A stretch of DNA of 64,000 nt from Kudoa neothunni (taxonomy: Eukaryota; Animalia; Cnidaria), in NCBI GenBank assembly GCA_964304625.1, contig OZ199839.1, positions 2,296,093 through 2,360,092 on the forward strand, in the 5' to 3' direction. Positions 1-12,850 of this stretch are shown here, one piece after another. Below the pieces are notes generated by a model. That model saw nothing but the letters and a program-made list of their open reading frames with translations, was not told the DNA's origin and made no database searches. Numbering within the stretch: the stretch's first letter is position 1; each line of letters opens with the position of its first letter. A program made the position numbers and the translations under genes.

Positions 1-537
1 TTATTCACTCCTTATTTGTGGAGTTTTAACATATATGACTTGATAAATATATTTTAAAAGTTCTATTAATGGCTTAAAATATGAGAAGAAGTCTATGTTT
101 GCATCATTAATAGCGATTTGATAAGGGATTCTATAATCAGATAGATTGAAGCTTTATAATACAAGCACCATGTCCGTAGATTTTATTGAAGTCACCCGCT
201 AAGTTTAACTTTCTGTGATTAAATTCAATTCAGGTGGTTGTAATTTTACTTCATCTTATTATTTGAATTATTTATGCTGATATTGACTCGATCTTAAACT
301 GTTTGTGAGAAATAATATATTAATGTTCATGTCGGCCCCATATTTTAAATGAACGCCGGGATTGGTACAATCCTCCACAGAAATGATCATATTTTAAATT
401 TCGTTAATCCAAATAGTTGAAAGTATGTCATTTAAAAATTTGTAGTTAACTTTAAACTTCAATATATTTTTTGAATATTATTAAGCAACGTATCTATGCG
501 AAATCTTCCCCGAGCAACGTTGGGCAGTTCGCGCTAG
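1..537 (+). mobile_element. Non-autonomous Helitron, 3' part (runs off the window start)
   Basis: Ends in the GC-rich hairpin cccgagcaacgttggg, then cagttcgcgCTAG|T (CTAG 534-537). The body is clearly homologous to 54700-55449. Confidence 0.8.
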
Positions 538-919
538 TATATATAGAATGCGGCAATCAATGAGTTATTTGGTAGGTCTCTGTTATTCATTGTAAACAAA
601 TTTTGGAGTGATTAATGTGATTAACTATGTTTAAAACAAAATGTAAAAGAATTTTAAACATTTTCTAAATAAAATTGAAATTACACGTGAATCCTAACAT
701 GCTCGGCTTAGGATTTTAAAATTATTTTTTGATTCGAATTTTAGTTATTTAATATTATTTTTTATGATGTAAAGAAATATAAATAATTTTGAAAGAGAAA
801 TCAATTAGTAGTACAAATTGTAGGAAACGACTTTTTTCCGATTGCATGCCGGTGCCGCACCAAGTTCGTATACAGTTACCGTAGTTAGTCTTAAATTGTA
901 TTTTAATTAACTTATCTTA

Positions 920-1463
920 AATAATTAGACGCAAGAACCTTATTTAATATTTTTAAAAATGAATAAACACTACTGAGCGTTTAAAATTTCCTCCTTAGAG
1001 CTCTTCAAACATCGATTTTCTCCTTGTTGTTAACAGCGATTTCTATATCATACCATATGAATATGATTAATCTTGTTAAACATCAACAAATGAATTTCAT
1101 ATTAATGCTTGGCTAACTAACCTAATATTACCGTCCTTAATTGAACTAATTCAATTACTAAATTACTTTTCCATAATTTTAAGGTAAAATAAACATTATT
1201 GTACGTTTAAAATTAACTTTTTAAAACATTGAAGAAGTCATCCATATGATTGCATAAATCCTCAAATCATACCAATCATACCGCGTGAAAACGTTTTTAG
1301 TCATTTTGTAGGATGCAAATCTTTTATAATTCTTTACGTAGTTTTCTGTTAAAATAAAATTTTACCTTTCCATATGTGCGCTCAAATGGAGCGATATGTC
1401 TCTCTATAAAGAATGAAAAATGCGTACACACACAAGGATTTCCGGTTTGCTTTATATAGTAGA
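920..1463 (-). mobile_element. Non-autonomous Helitron copy (5' end present, 3' end not found)
   Basis: The reverse complement begins TCTACTATATAAAGCAAACCGGAAATCC and aligns by eye with 28143-28690. Confidence 0.75.
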
Positions 1464-1741
1464 ATAATTGGATAAGTGGTGGTTTCGCAAAAAATTTAAT
1501 TGTTTTTTATCATAATTTTAGCAGCTACAAAAATTATCAAATGTTAAGGTACATCCCCTTTTATATTATTTCGTATATTAATGTACAAGTAACCTTTGTT
1601 GATACAAATAATTAAGTATAACAACCAAAATCACAAATATAATAATCTATAGTTAAATCTTTAATACTTTCATATCAATTAAGTTTAAAATATAAATTAT
1701 GATAAAATCGCAAACATATTTTATTATAGATGGAAAATTAC

Positions 1742-4700
1742 AGTGTCCAGTAGACGAGTCAAACTTGAAATGTACGATTTCATCAAGCTGTAATAGAGAT
1801 TTTGCATGATATCCATGTAGCATTTAAGGGTTTCATTTGCAGCCGAAGGGTCGTTGCATTGGAGGAAGTGGTACAGAAAGCTACATGATTTTATCAAACA
1901 TATATTAACAGAAACAACATTATCTATTATCTACTTGTAGGTTAGTAGGGAACTTTGGATGATAGTGTAATTGGTTGTTTGTTTTCTACAATGTTCTATA
2001 CGTTGTAGTAGGTAATTTTTGATTTTTTTACTAGCCTATAAATGCTAAAATTAAAATTTGTAATCAAACACTGAAAAATTAAGTTTAATTTAAATAAGAA
2101 AACAAATTGCAAAATAATCAGATACGTATTACGAAAGATTCAAATAAATAAAATGACGGCGTTTACATAAAAAACCCCTACAGATTAGACAGACTGCAGA
2201 CAGACAGACAGACAGATTACACACAGATTACATACAGATTACAGATTGGCGGTTAACAATGATTGAAATCTGAAAAGCTTTATAATTTGATTTCCTGCTT
2301 AATAAAAAATTAATTGTTTAAATATGTATAAATTTAGAAGAATAATGTTTTGCATCTTTCATACCTCGTTAAAAATCGATATAGCGGCTAATCAGCCCAC
2401 ATTAATTAAATTTTTCTGACATATATTCCACAAAAATTTTTAAATTTTTGCTTTGAAAAATAAATTAAATTTCTCTAAATAATCAGCTTATTCCCAATAA
2501 TAAAAAGAATGGCGAATTTGATATATAAATTATTTGATTGAGTTACAATAACTTTTCCTTGTTATTTACCTCATTTAAGATATCAATCAAAAAAGTTACA
2601 CTTATTTAAATAATGTTAGCATTAAATATCCTTACTATGGTTATTATCATATAATTCATGACAAATCAATTATTAAAGACTACGATACGAATAACAGTTT
2701 TCTTAACAAATTAATGCACTCTAGAATTTAATCACGGAAATGATTGTTAAAGCAACTATTTTTTTTAAACAGAAGAATTTTTAATTTATTAAAGTAAAAA
2801 TTTCAATACACTTATTTTTGTATAATTATAGGTCCATTTCAATTAAAAAAACATCAATATAATAATATTAAGGTTTTCGAATTTGAAACGCCACAAATAA
2901 TTTCATCTTTAGTTAATAAAGTGATGATCTATTTAATTAACATAAAATCAAAAATATTTGAATCATTATTATAGAAAATCTTCGTACGAATTAGATTTAG
3001 AAGCGCTCCATATGAGTTTTTACTCCCAATGTGATTATTAAATAAATGTAACATTAGTGTATCTAAAAATTGTAAATTTGTATTATTTATAACCTACCCA
3101 CAATTAACTAACTAACTAACTAGCAAACAGCTGTCATTTCGCGAATATTAAATTGTTGTAGAAATTTATACGACACAAATACAACAACATTCAAATACTT
3201 ATTATTTTAACAGCCATTCTCTATATCATACGTTGATCCTTTTAAAGAAAATAATTTTTTAATAATTAATAATAATATAAAACGTTGATTCATGGATCTG
3301 GAATAAAATATGATAAATTTTACTTTTCACATGCGCGTAATTTATTTTAAATATCTTCAATAACTTTACATTGTAAACAATACCAATAGATATATTATTA
3401 TTATTATTATTTATTGTTGAAGATAAAAATCACAATAATAAATAATTTGGCGCACGCGCTTAGAATAATCTCGGTATTATTTAATTCTAAATATTTTATT
3501 ACAGTTCAAAAAAAAAGGCACCACATAAGTTATTTTTGTGTATTAATGTAAACTGAACAAATATAACAATTCACGTTGAATTGAATTAATATAAAACGAT
3601 AACTAATAATGATCGAATTTATTCGACAACAACATCGCGCATAGTAGATTTGAATCAGAATAAATCGAAAAAAAATAATCTAATACTTAGTGATATTTAA
3701 TTTCTAGAATAATCAAATACAAACAGACAGTTCATAAAATAATTCTCTCTGAGTAATCGCGCGCAGTATCCGAAGATTACGCGCCACACCTGTAAATTTT
3801 AAATTTGTATTAACACAAACAAACAATCTTACTCTTAAATCTAAATATATAAAAATGTGTGTGATACTTTAAAACAAATTTAAATAAATAATTGTTTAAA
3901 TTTAAATAGTAATGATATATTAATATCAGCGCAATATTATAAATAGTTTTAATGTATTGTTCAAATTTAAATTACAATTTCAGTTAAATTTTTGATGACA
4001 ATACGAGCATCCTCAACAGGACCACTGTCGAGATAGTCGTAAGTGTGTATGGTTTGAATTTTATGCATCAAATCATGAAGTTGTTCAATAAAAGTTTGAT
4101 CACTAGGATTTTCGTTTGTGAGAACTCTAGCTGGATTATTAAATAAAGTTGGCCGGCCATACAAACTACTCTATCATTACGGGAGCTATTGTCACATCGT
4201 CAACATATTGTCTTAGTTGAGTCCTTAAATGCTACAAGAATTATCACTATATGAATCGGCCATTTTAATAATTGAGCAATTTTACCATTCGCTGTTCCAT
4301 AGCTTGATTGATATTATCGGTTTTTAGCCCAATATTCGAAGCACTCTTTCCAAGATCATTCAGACTATCCTAAAACTCGTATTATACACCAATTTATTTA
4401 TTTATTTATTAACATAGTATAATATCAATTATTATACTATGTTAAACTGATATAAATCGAATTTAAGTTTAATTTGAAAAAGAGAATATGGAAGAATTTT
4501 GAAGTATACTGAAAAATATACTTTCAAACCTGTGAGCATAGCCTCAAAGTTCTAAAATATAAATATTTTCAAATATATTACACACATAAACAATACATTC
4601 AACGTGCTCAAACACTTTCTCATTTTGCTATGGATTTGCTCGCATCGAGTTTCTTCTTCTAAATCTACCACCAGTTAGGAGATATTTGAAAAATTTAATC

Positions 4701-4941
4701 ACATTTTTTAATGACACTGTTCTCACTCTCATTCAATCGTGTGTAGTAATCGTTGAGATAGTCACAAATATCAAAAGACTCCTTAAAAATAATAGTTCAG
4801 AGAGAAATTGGACTGATTGTGCGATCGTAATAATTTTAGAATAAATCCAGTTTAAGACAGCAACCGTTGTCAGCGTTTGCTAGTAGTATTCATCAATGTT
4901 TGTATGAATACCTTTTTGTCTTCATTATCTCCAGCAGACAT
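1742..4941 (-). CDS. VPS52: Vacuolar protein sorting 52 (GARP/EARP subunit), 5' exons; the rest lies left of the window
   Basis: Hand splicing gives MSAGDNEDKK..FDICDYLNDYYTRLNESENSVIKKYLEEE..LRQYVDDVTIAPVMIE..FIEQLHDL..KNLTEI|ASKKIKNYLLQRIEHCRKQTTNYTIIQSSLLTYNFLYHFL..YMDIMQNLYYSLMKSYISSL. This is collinear with Vps52 as I recall it (KIREFILQKI..TNYQIPQ..LLKYRFFYQFL). GT-AG mini-introns plus one 1.94-kb intron (2036-3975). Confidence 0.88.
2181..2247. repeat. Degenerate (CAGA)n / CAGATTA tandem repeat within the VPS52 intron
   Basis: cagattagacagactgcagacagacagacagacagattacacacagattacatacagattacagatt. Confidence 0.8.
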
Positions 4942-5309
4942 TGTAAAATTTGGAAAACAATTAATCACCAATTATAATGTTTTTATTAGTTGTAAACACC
5001 AAATTCACAGCTATCACCAAAATGGCGTTTCTTATCGATGCTTGCCGAAATGCTTAAATTAGATCCTAATTTATAAAAAAAATTTTTGATGCATACATAC
5101 GGTGTACGATTGAATATTTTGTTTCATAGAATTTTATCAAAAAATTTTCTAGTGACGTTTCATTGAGAGCCAACCCTAATAAACTATCACTAGCTTTACA
5201 CTTTTTAAAACCGTCGTGCGCATTGGTGTGTGGTTGAAAAAATAGGTTCAATTTGTTAGACACACATTTTTTCCTTCCTCTTTGTCATTTCTGGTTCTGG
5301 AATAATTTA

Positions 5310-5948
5310 ATGTCGTATTTGGGTAACGACGAACGGGGAAAATAAAGAAAAACAATTACGAAGACACAACATGTACGTTGTCTCTTTGTACAACAACAAT
5401 CATCTCACAAGTAACACTCTAATCTAGATACAATCGAAGTGATGATCCTATCGAAAATTTAAGCAGAGTTGAAGATGCAATGACAATGGTAAATGCGATG
5501 AAAGAAAGAGAGTGGATTTGTGATGAAACAAGGTGCAGTAAATCGAGTGGTGGATCCATCCTACCGTCAACATCAGAAAATGCCTCATCACAACGATATG
5601 ATATTCCATCCAGATGATCTACATAATCAATTAGCTGACGATTATTTCTCCACCGACCCCACAAGCGATATGCAATACATTAAAACTCTGAGTTACAAAG
5701 AGAAAAAAAGCCCTATTAAGAGAACTGGAAAAACTCGAAAAATCCGTCCCCCTCACACCACAGATCATCAAATAATAAACCGGTAAATAGTCGTCGAGAA
5801 AGATCATCTAAACATCACAGAAGGGATAGAAAAACCAGATCAACATCTGACTCATCTTCATGTTCTACTGACAGGAGGACGTCACAAGGCCAACAAGAAA
5901 TCTACCAGAAGAGTCAACCGGAAATATTCCAGTTCCTCGTCGACGTAG
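5310..5948 (+). CDS. Putative small Arg/Ser-rich protein with apparent frameshifts, head-to-head with VPS52
   Basis: ATG at 5310 and a GT-AG mini-intron near 5373-5427. Coding-like peptides NKEKQLRRHNIYNRSDDPIENL, GAVNRVVDPSYRQHQK and RRERSSKHHRRDRKTRSTSDSSS lie in different frames, so indels must be assumed. Confidence 0.45.
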
Positions 5949-7357
5949 TTTTTAAACTGTTATGATTTTGATATCCAGGCTGTATTATTTTGTATATTTT
6001 TTCATCATCTGTATGTTTGGATGTGTTCAATTGTCGTGGTACTATTTTTCAAAGCAGTCTGAATGCTTTTTTTAAGTTTGATATCATTAATAGAATAAAC
6101 AGATTGTTTACGTATAATTTTTTACTACGAGGGAAATTTACGCGTAGAATTATTTATAAAAATTAAACCATCGAACATCTGAGGAAAATAAGTTACACCT
6201 GTGGTGAGCACAACTTTTGGGACTGTGGGCTACATTGATTGGCTCATTACAGAAGCTTGGAAGGCCGCATTGTTGATTAAGTGTTTTCTTAAAATTTAAA
6301 AAAATCCTTGATTCGAAGCACATTTATAATTTTAGTTTTACAGCAGATAAGCTTTTCTATATATCTTCACTATCTTTCTAACGTTATTATTTATATGGTG
6401 GGTATGTTAAGATATTGTGTAACTTTTTTTATATTTAAGCCAATAAAATTAAACGCAAAACTACATTATTTTAGTATTTTTAAAAGCATTATTATAATAT
6501 AAAATACACACAGGAAAAAAGGAAATGAAATATTTTTTTAAGAGAGTTAGTGATATAAAAAAGCACTGATTGGCCACCTCCGGATTCAAGATATTCGAGG
6601 GTTAATGTAGTGGGTAGTCTGACCGAACCTTTGAAGCACAATGCATCTGATAATTACTTAGGGGTCGAAGTGGGTTCAAATTTATCCCGTCAATTTTAGT
6701 CTGTTTTGAGATTCCATTAAGTGTGAGTATACAGGAAATGTTAACAAAGTGCATTATACAATGTGTAACTAGTTTTTCGTACTGACGACTCGTTCTTACT
6801 TTTAACATAGAAGATTTATGCTTCATTAATTTTGTCGTAAAGATATATAATATTATTTTATAATAGAAAGTATCAAATGAATGAAAAATTTATTTAATTT
6901 ACTTTGATTATTTTTTAGGTGTTTTTCGTACATTTTTTGCCGAGAATTTTCTTACGAATTAACCAATTTTTCGTAATTACAGAAATATATAAGAAACCTA
7001 TTAAATAATCATGTATTTTGATTCTTTGTCATAAAGGGATGTCATGACTACTACTGTTCACCACTTAAAGTTTTCCATTATTTCAACGTTGTAGGGTATC
7101 CTAATTAGAAAAAAACAAAATTATTATTATTTGTTCGAGATTGGACTGTATTTAAAAATAGAAAAAAATAGGCAATTATTAACTATTAAAAATCAAAACA
7201 ATACAAGTTTTATCAATAATGTGAGTTGTGTTATATTTTTTTTATTAAAAAAAATATTATACATTGCGCCCGCACAACTATATGGAAATTTGTTCAATGA
7301 CCAAGTTTTCGTACATTTTTCAATCCCTCTGAGGATTACGAACAAGTGATCACCTAC

Positions 7358-7773
7358 TGTATATGTGTATGTGTATGTATATGTATGTGTATATGTGTAT
7401 GTGTATGTGTGTATGTGTATGTGTATATGTGTATGTGTATATGTGTATATGTGTATGTGTATATGTGTATGTGTATATGTGTATGTGTATATGTGTATGT
7501 GGTATATGTGTATGTGTATATGTGTATGTGTATATGTGTATGTGTATATGTGTATGTGTATATGTGTATGTGTATATGTGTATGTGTATATGTGTATGTG
7601 TATATGTGTATGTGTATATGTGTATGTGTATATGTGTATGTATATGTGTATGTATATGTGTATGTATATGTGTATGTGTATATGTGTATGTGTATATGTG
7701 TATGTATATGTGTATGTATATGTGTATGTATATGTGTATGTATATGTGTATGTATATGTGTATGTATATGTGT
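7358..7773. repeat. Compound microsatellite of TGTA/TG/TA units: 14-mer ATATGTGTATGTGT changing to 10-mer ATATGTGTATG-type units
   Basis: Directly visible; it explains the four low-complexity ORFs at 7346-7819. Confidence 0.97.
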
Positions 7774-8544
7774 AATGTATATAAATAGGTTTGACATCTA
7801 TTTAGGGGGTACTGAGTAGAATTTTATTATCTTATATTTTTACACAATCTTTTTTAGTATTTAGATTTAATTTAATTCGCCAATAAATAATTTAGTCAAT
7901 TTTCAAATAAAGTATGCCTGTAAAATTACGTAAACCGATAAGTCACGTGATCAAGTTTATGAGAAATTTCCTATCTTAAAATATTATTTAATCTAACTCT
8001 AGCGATAAATATATTTAAAAAAATAATATAAATCTATTATACATAATTATATTCAAATATTGTTTTTAAAAAACGAATATCAATGATTACAAATTGAATT
8101 AATAATTTATTCGAGAAAATAAATAATTTATATATCAGTGTAAAACGTTTACAGAATTTTTCTTACATGGAAGTAGTTATAAAACGTCGTCATTTAGTCA
8201 GGGCCTTGAAAGCATATTAGAAGGACACAAATTATTAGCTATAACAGATTCCCACATAGTAACTGTATATAGAAAATACTAGTGGCATTTCTCGCGATTG
8301 AAAATGCACTCGAGGACCTAATTTTACAATTTCAATCAACAAATACATATTTAAAAAAATCAATATTTTCACATAATAAATGTGTATAATTTGATAATTA
8401 AATTGATTTAGAAGTGTTTTCATAGATAAATCGTTTTTTTATTAATATTGATTGATCATTATAAAGTTATACTTAAAAGATAAAAGGAATATAGACCAGA
8501 TGTTAATTTTAACATCAAGTTAATGCGCAAGCGCAAAAAGAGTG

Positions 8545-9734
8545 ATGGATTTGGACGGCCAGATTGGAGACTTGTTGTGCGTGGCTGTTTGTAACATTTT
8601 GAAAAATTCAGGCTGGCAAAGATCTAATGAAAACGCTGTATATGTTTAACTCAAGCCACTCAAAATTGTAAATATCACCACAACTATTGTTTACAAATGT
8701 AATATCTACACATATTATGGTTAGATATAAGTAAAATTGCCAAAAAAAATTAAATACTATCAACAGACTTCATATAAGTCAACGTTGGATATCGAAAATC
8801 TTAAAATTAGCGTTAGCGGAATGCGGTATTCGATTAAATATTTATGTCGCCAGGATCACCCTGAAAATATTATATATATATTATATATAGTAATTTGCAG
8901 GAATAAACCTATGTGGATTTGTTCAGATTTTTGACTAGAAGAGATGCGTCAACTTCTATTATACCGAACGTGAGAGGAATCGTAATGTGTTCTACTGCAC
9001 CAAAACGTAAACTATAGAATATAGTTTAGTGTTTTGTTGGATAATGTGTATTTGGTGTAGAGGTTTCCTGTTTTACTCCAACTTCAGACCCCTTTTTATC
9101 AATTAATTATCGCAACAAAAATCAACTCTTATATAATCGCTGCCATATGCAGAATCTTCCCAATAATTGTCCTCAACTGCCGAGACCACATACTTTTATC
9201 AAAACCAAGGCAAATCTATCTCTCTTATTATGTGTTTGATTTGTTGGTTAGAATTCTAAACCTCCTAGTATTGATTATAGCTTTCTACAAAAATGTATAA
9301 TTAGCCGTCAACACGATCTTTTGAAATTTATGATAAGGTATTTGTATTGGTGTTAGAGGGAGTTGTGATAACTTTTTTGTTTACCATAGGAGAAGAATGG
9401 ACGAGTCAGAAACCTTACAGCTTACCGTAAATTGTTCCATTCTCCCAGATAATTCTCATTATAAACTGAAAAATCCTAATTGTACGTATTAATTTTTTCA
9501 TTAAATTCTTGATGATAACGTATAGTGATACTTTTACCAAAGTCGCCTCAAGGAAGTCATCTTGACACATTTTTTCAAATTCAATCCATTAAACCAAAGA
9601 CAATGAAAACAATCTCATATCATGTCAGTGACGATTCCATTCCACTCCAATACTATGATATTATATTCAATATTTTCATTTCATTTAATTATCTTCAGTT
9701 TATATCGAAAGCGATGGATTTAGCAGAGAACTAA
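8545..9734 (+). CDS. TAF8: TFIID subunit TAF8 (bromodomain-associated histone fold plus TAF8_C), with four single-base indels in the 5' half
   Basis: MDLDGQIGDLLCVAVCNILKNSGWQ..TQATQNYISKIAK..LALAECGI (histone fold). Later NLPNNCPQLPRPHTFIKTK|NSKPPSIDYSFLQKCIISRQHDL resembles TAF8_C (PxFPDPHTYIKT..DY..LRE). Confidence 0.75.
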
Positions 9735-9821
9735 GTTCTTTGTGTGATTCCAATTCTAATTTTAACTTTAACTCATTATTTCCCAACCGGAGAGGGGATA
9801 GTTTTCGAACATGGAAATTAA

Positions 9822-10667
9822 CCCTCCGATGGATTTGAGGTAGAAATCTACCTACGCCAATGAGACTTTGTTTATTGCATAATTCGTTACCTATAATTTC
9901 AAACTGTCTGAGATTACTTGTATTATTTCAAATAATTTTATTTACATATTAAAATAAAAAAAAACAATTTTTATCTATTGTATTGGTGGAAATATTACAT
10001 TTTCCACCCTCCGATTCTCCGATGGACTTTAAGGTAGAAAATTACCATGCAATTTTTTTCTCTAAAATGAAAACAGAAATAATTGTTTAGCGTAAATGTT
10101 GAGTTTTAGGATTTTCGATGGTCTAAATTTTACGATATAACGCGTATAAACTGTAAATGGATCACGTGATTCTAAATTAAAAACATTTTTTGGTGATAAT
10201 ATTTTTCCGAGGGAGTTCTTGAAATGATGGCGAAATTATTTTTATGACTTATTAATGGAGAGAATCTTGACAACCAAAAATCTTAAATCGTCTTTAATAT
10301 TTATTCCAAGAAAATTAATTAAAAAAAAGGTAGTGTGCGCGGTTTGCAATTAATTTTGTTGTTAGAACCACCTAATAAATGTTTGTGAATTTTGTTTACA
10401 TTAAATGCGGTTTAGTTATGATGAAAAAAATAGGCTAAAGAATTATGTAGATTAATATTTTAATTTTAAAAGTTTTTAGAACAACACACAGCAAAAACTA
10501 ATACGGCGGTTATTGACGAAAATGATATTCGTAGAATTATCGGGATTATTAACGAATTTATTTGCGCTATAACTTTTTATTCTTTTTTTTGCGTCAACCA
10601 AAATCTTCAATATTTGTTCTTATGGATTTTTTTATAGGAGTGCAGTCGATTTAGGTCCATTAGAGGG
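9822..10667. mobile_element. piggyBac-type non-autonomous element
   Basis: TTAA|CCCTCCGATGGA ... TCCATTAGAGGG|TTAA: TIR 10/12, TTAA on both sides. A second copy of the left end lies near 10006-10050. Confidence 0.8.
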
Positions 10668-10903
10668 TTAAGACATTTTTATTTTTATAGTTATACGCGT
10701 TAAATAAATCCCTTCTTAATATAATAATTAGGAAAGTTACTTTTCAAATTTTTGTCCTGATAATATTTTATAATTCTAACCACAAAAAAACTAAAAATAA
10801 AGACTTTGATATTGTTTGATGAGCTTTACACCTTGGGTTTCATCTTTGTCTACTTAAATAGGTTATGTTTTAAGTTATAATTTATATTTTATAACTTATA
10901 AGG

Positions 10904-11618
10904 CTGTGTTTCCAAACGGTAGGGCTTGATAAAATTTTTGTGGAGCTTGGAAATTTTTAAACAATTAATGAACCCGCTCTGATGGGACGTTTGAATATCC
11001 AAAGTATTGTTGTGACATGGATAATGGTGGAATAATTGACAGTATCCCGCATTTTGAAGTCTATACTGCGATTTTCGGTACCGCTTTTCTTAAAATAATG
11101 ATTTTAATGATGAAAAATAAAAAAAGTAAAGACTAATTATAAAAAAATTAATAATAATATTTAATGTGCCCTTCACCCGAATGGAATCAGAATGGTTAGA
11201 TTTTCAATCTTGTCCTCATTTAGAATCGTATATTCCCATTAACTTTTTCAAACCAATTAATAATATTAATTGAGTTTATATTTTTATTATTTATTTTCGG
11301 TTCGTTAACTCCGTATAAACGAAGGTCTTTTCTAATGAAAGTTGGATTACCAAAAGTTTTATTTGACGCAATAAAATACTAAAGATGTTAATTTTTAAGG
11401 TTCGTTGATGAATTAAGTTAGGTCTGATCGAACGCATTTGAATTTTAATGAGAAAAAAAGTATGTATTAATTTCTTTTAAATTTATAATGTGATAGGGAG
11501 CTTTACTCAATGTTATGAACAGTTTAAGTTAAAAACTCATTACTTCTGAAAGTAGATGAGGCACGGAACTTTTTTCAAAAGAAGAAGGTTACGATATAAT
11601 AAAGGTTGGGAAACAGTG
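10904..11618. mobile_element. hAT (Charlie-like) MITE
   Basis: CTGTGTTTCCAAAC ... GTTGGGAAACAGTG imperfect TIR, flanked by ttataagg / ttataagt (8-bp TSD, 7/8). Ends are uncertain by about 1 nt. Confidence 0.65.
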
Positions 11619-11949
11619 TTATAAGTTATAAGAAATACCCTCATTTTCCAAAACACGTAAGAAGACCCAACGAATAAAACTCCAGGTATTACTGCCTATA
11701 CAGCTAACAGAATGGTAAGATTAGCTGAACGTATCCATTTATTTTTATACGTTAACTTATACGATTCTACGGTAAAAAATTTATATTAATTTATATTTGA
11801 GTATTATCTCGAATCGTGGAAAGAGTTATCATATTTAGAGTTTCTCATTTAAATTGACATTCTTGTATCCATGACAACATATAAACCTAAATTAGAATAT
11901 ATTAAAGTTTTATGCAGTAAAGATAAATCCTGACCCTGTTACGTATGAT

Positions 11950-12850
11950 AGTGCTATCGCGTAGTTTTTCTGAAATAGCGAAAGCTCAACATTTTTATGA
12001 CCTTGCCAACAAAACTTCAACGAAGACAAAGTGACTAACTTTTCTACACCCGAGAAATATTTGATAATATAGAGGGGTCCCATCTAAAAGCCTGACTCTT
12101 CACTGAGGCTTAATTGTCGATGAGCAATTGGTAGTTTTTGGGAGGTAAGCGCCTCTTTTAAATAGGATACGTGTCTTCCAAACCGGCTAGTATATGACAT
12201 TAAATTTTTTTGTTAGTTGAACAACAACTAATAATCGTCATAACATATTTATTTACTTCAAGATAAAAGCGAACAAAGAATTAATTGATTGAGAGAAAAT
12301 TTTTAATTGGTTTCCATTTCTTATTTGGAATCTAATGGCGGAAATATTTTTTTTTCGACAATTTTTTCAACTCACCACCCCTCTTCGATAAGCTATCAAA
12401 ACTGGAACACATTATTGGTTCCAACAGATATAATAATAATAATACTAAAAATAATAATAGAAGAGATATTCCTGACATAATGAAAGCAAACAGATCTAGA
12501 GATTTCTATAGTTCATGCTTTCCTTTTAATAGTAAGAAAGTGCTGGGATCGTATGTGTATGTACCAAAATAATAAGACCGTGATAAAGTAAGCAACTTCA
12601 TCAGACAATACCAATTTTTCTAATGTTATATAGAAAAAGCCAGATATCATGTATTTTTAAAACAAAACCAAGGGTGGGGCTGACAGTTGATAGAATATTT
12701 GCATTAATGTCGCCAAGATATATTCAAATAGCTGGCCAACAATAGTTTTTCTTTAATATTCTAGATAATCTTATAATTATTGCACGTACTATATATGAAA
12801 TGATATTTTATAATAAATTAATTAAAATTTAAAAATTCATTGAGAAAATG
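11950..12850 (+). pseudogene. Decayed piggyBac transposase
   Basis: Fragments LIVDEQLVVF, SSKPA, FDNFF, KPDIM..NKTKGGAD and WP occur in piggyBac order, interrupted by stops and frameshifts. Confidence 0.75.

Noticed and set aside
3600-3790. Extra VPS52 exons
   Set aside because: Vps52 similarity joins 3976 directly to 2035, so this is intronic, probably TE-derived.
6198-6582. Further hAT MITE (cctgtggtgagc.. / ttggccacctccg)
   Set aside because: The ends are too degenerate and no TSD was identifiable.
7346-7819. Four overlapping ORFs (CVCVY / HTHI repeats)
   Set aside because: They are stop-free translations of a microsatellite.
5335-8910. Euplotes-type programmed frameshifting (AAA-TAA near 5339; stops right after two TAF8 shifts)
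   Set aside because: The other shifts have no adjacent stop, all lie in homopolymers, and the remaining genes need no shifts; assembly error or decay is simpler.
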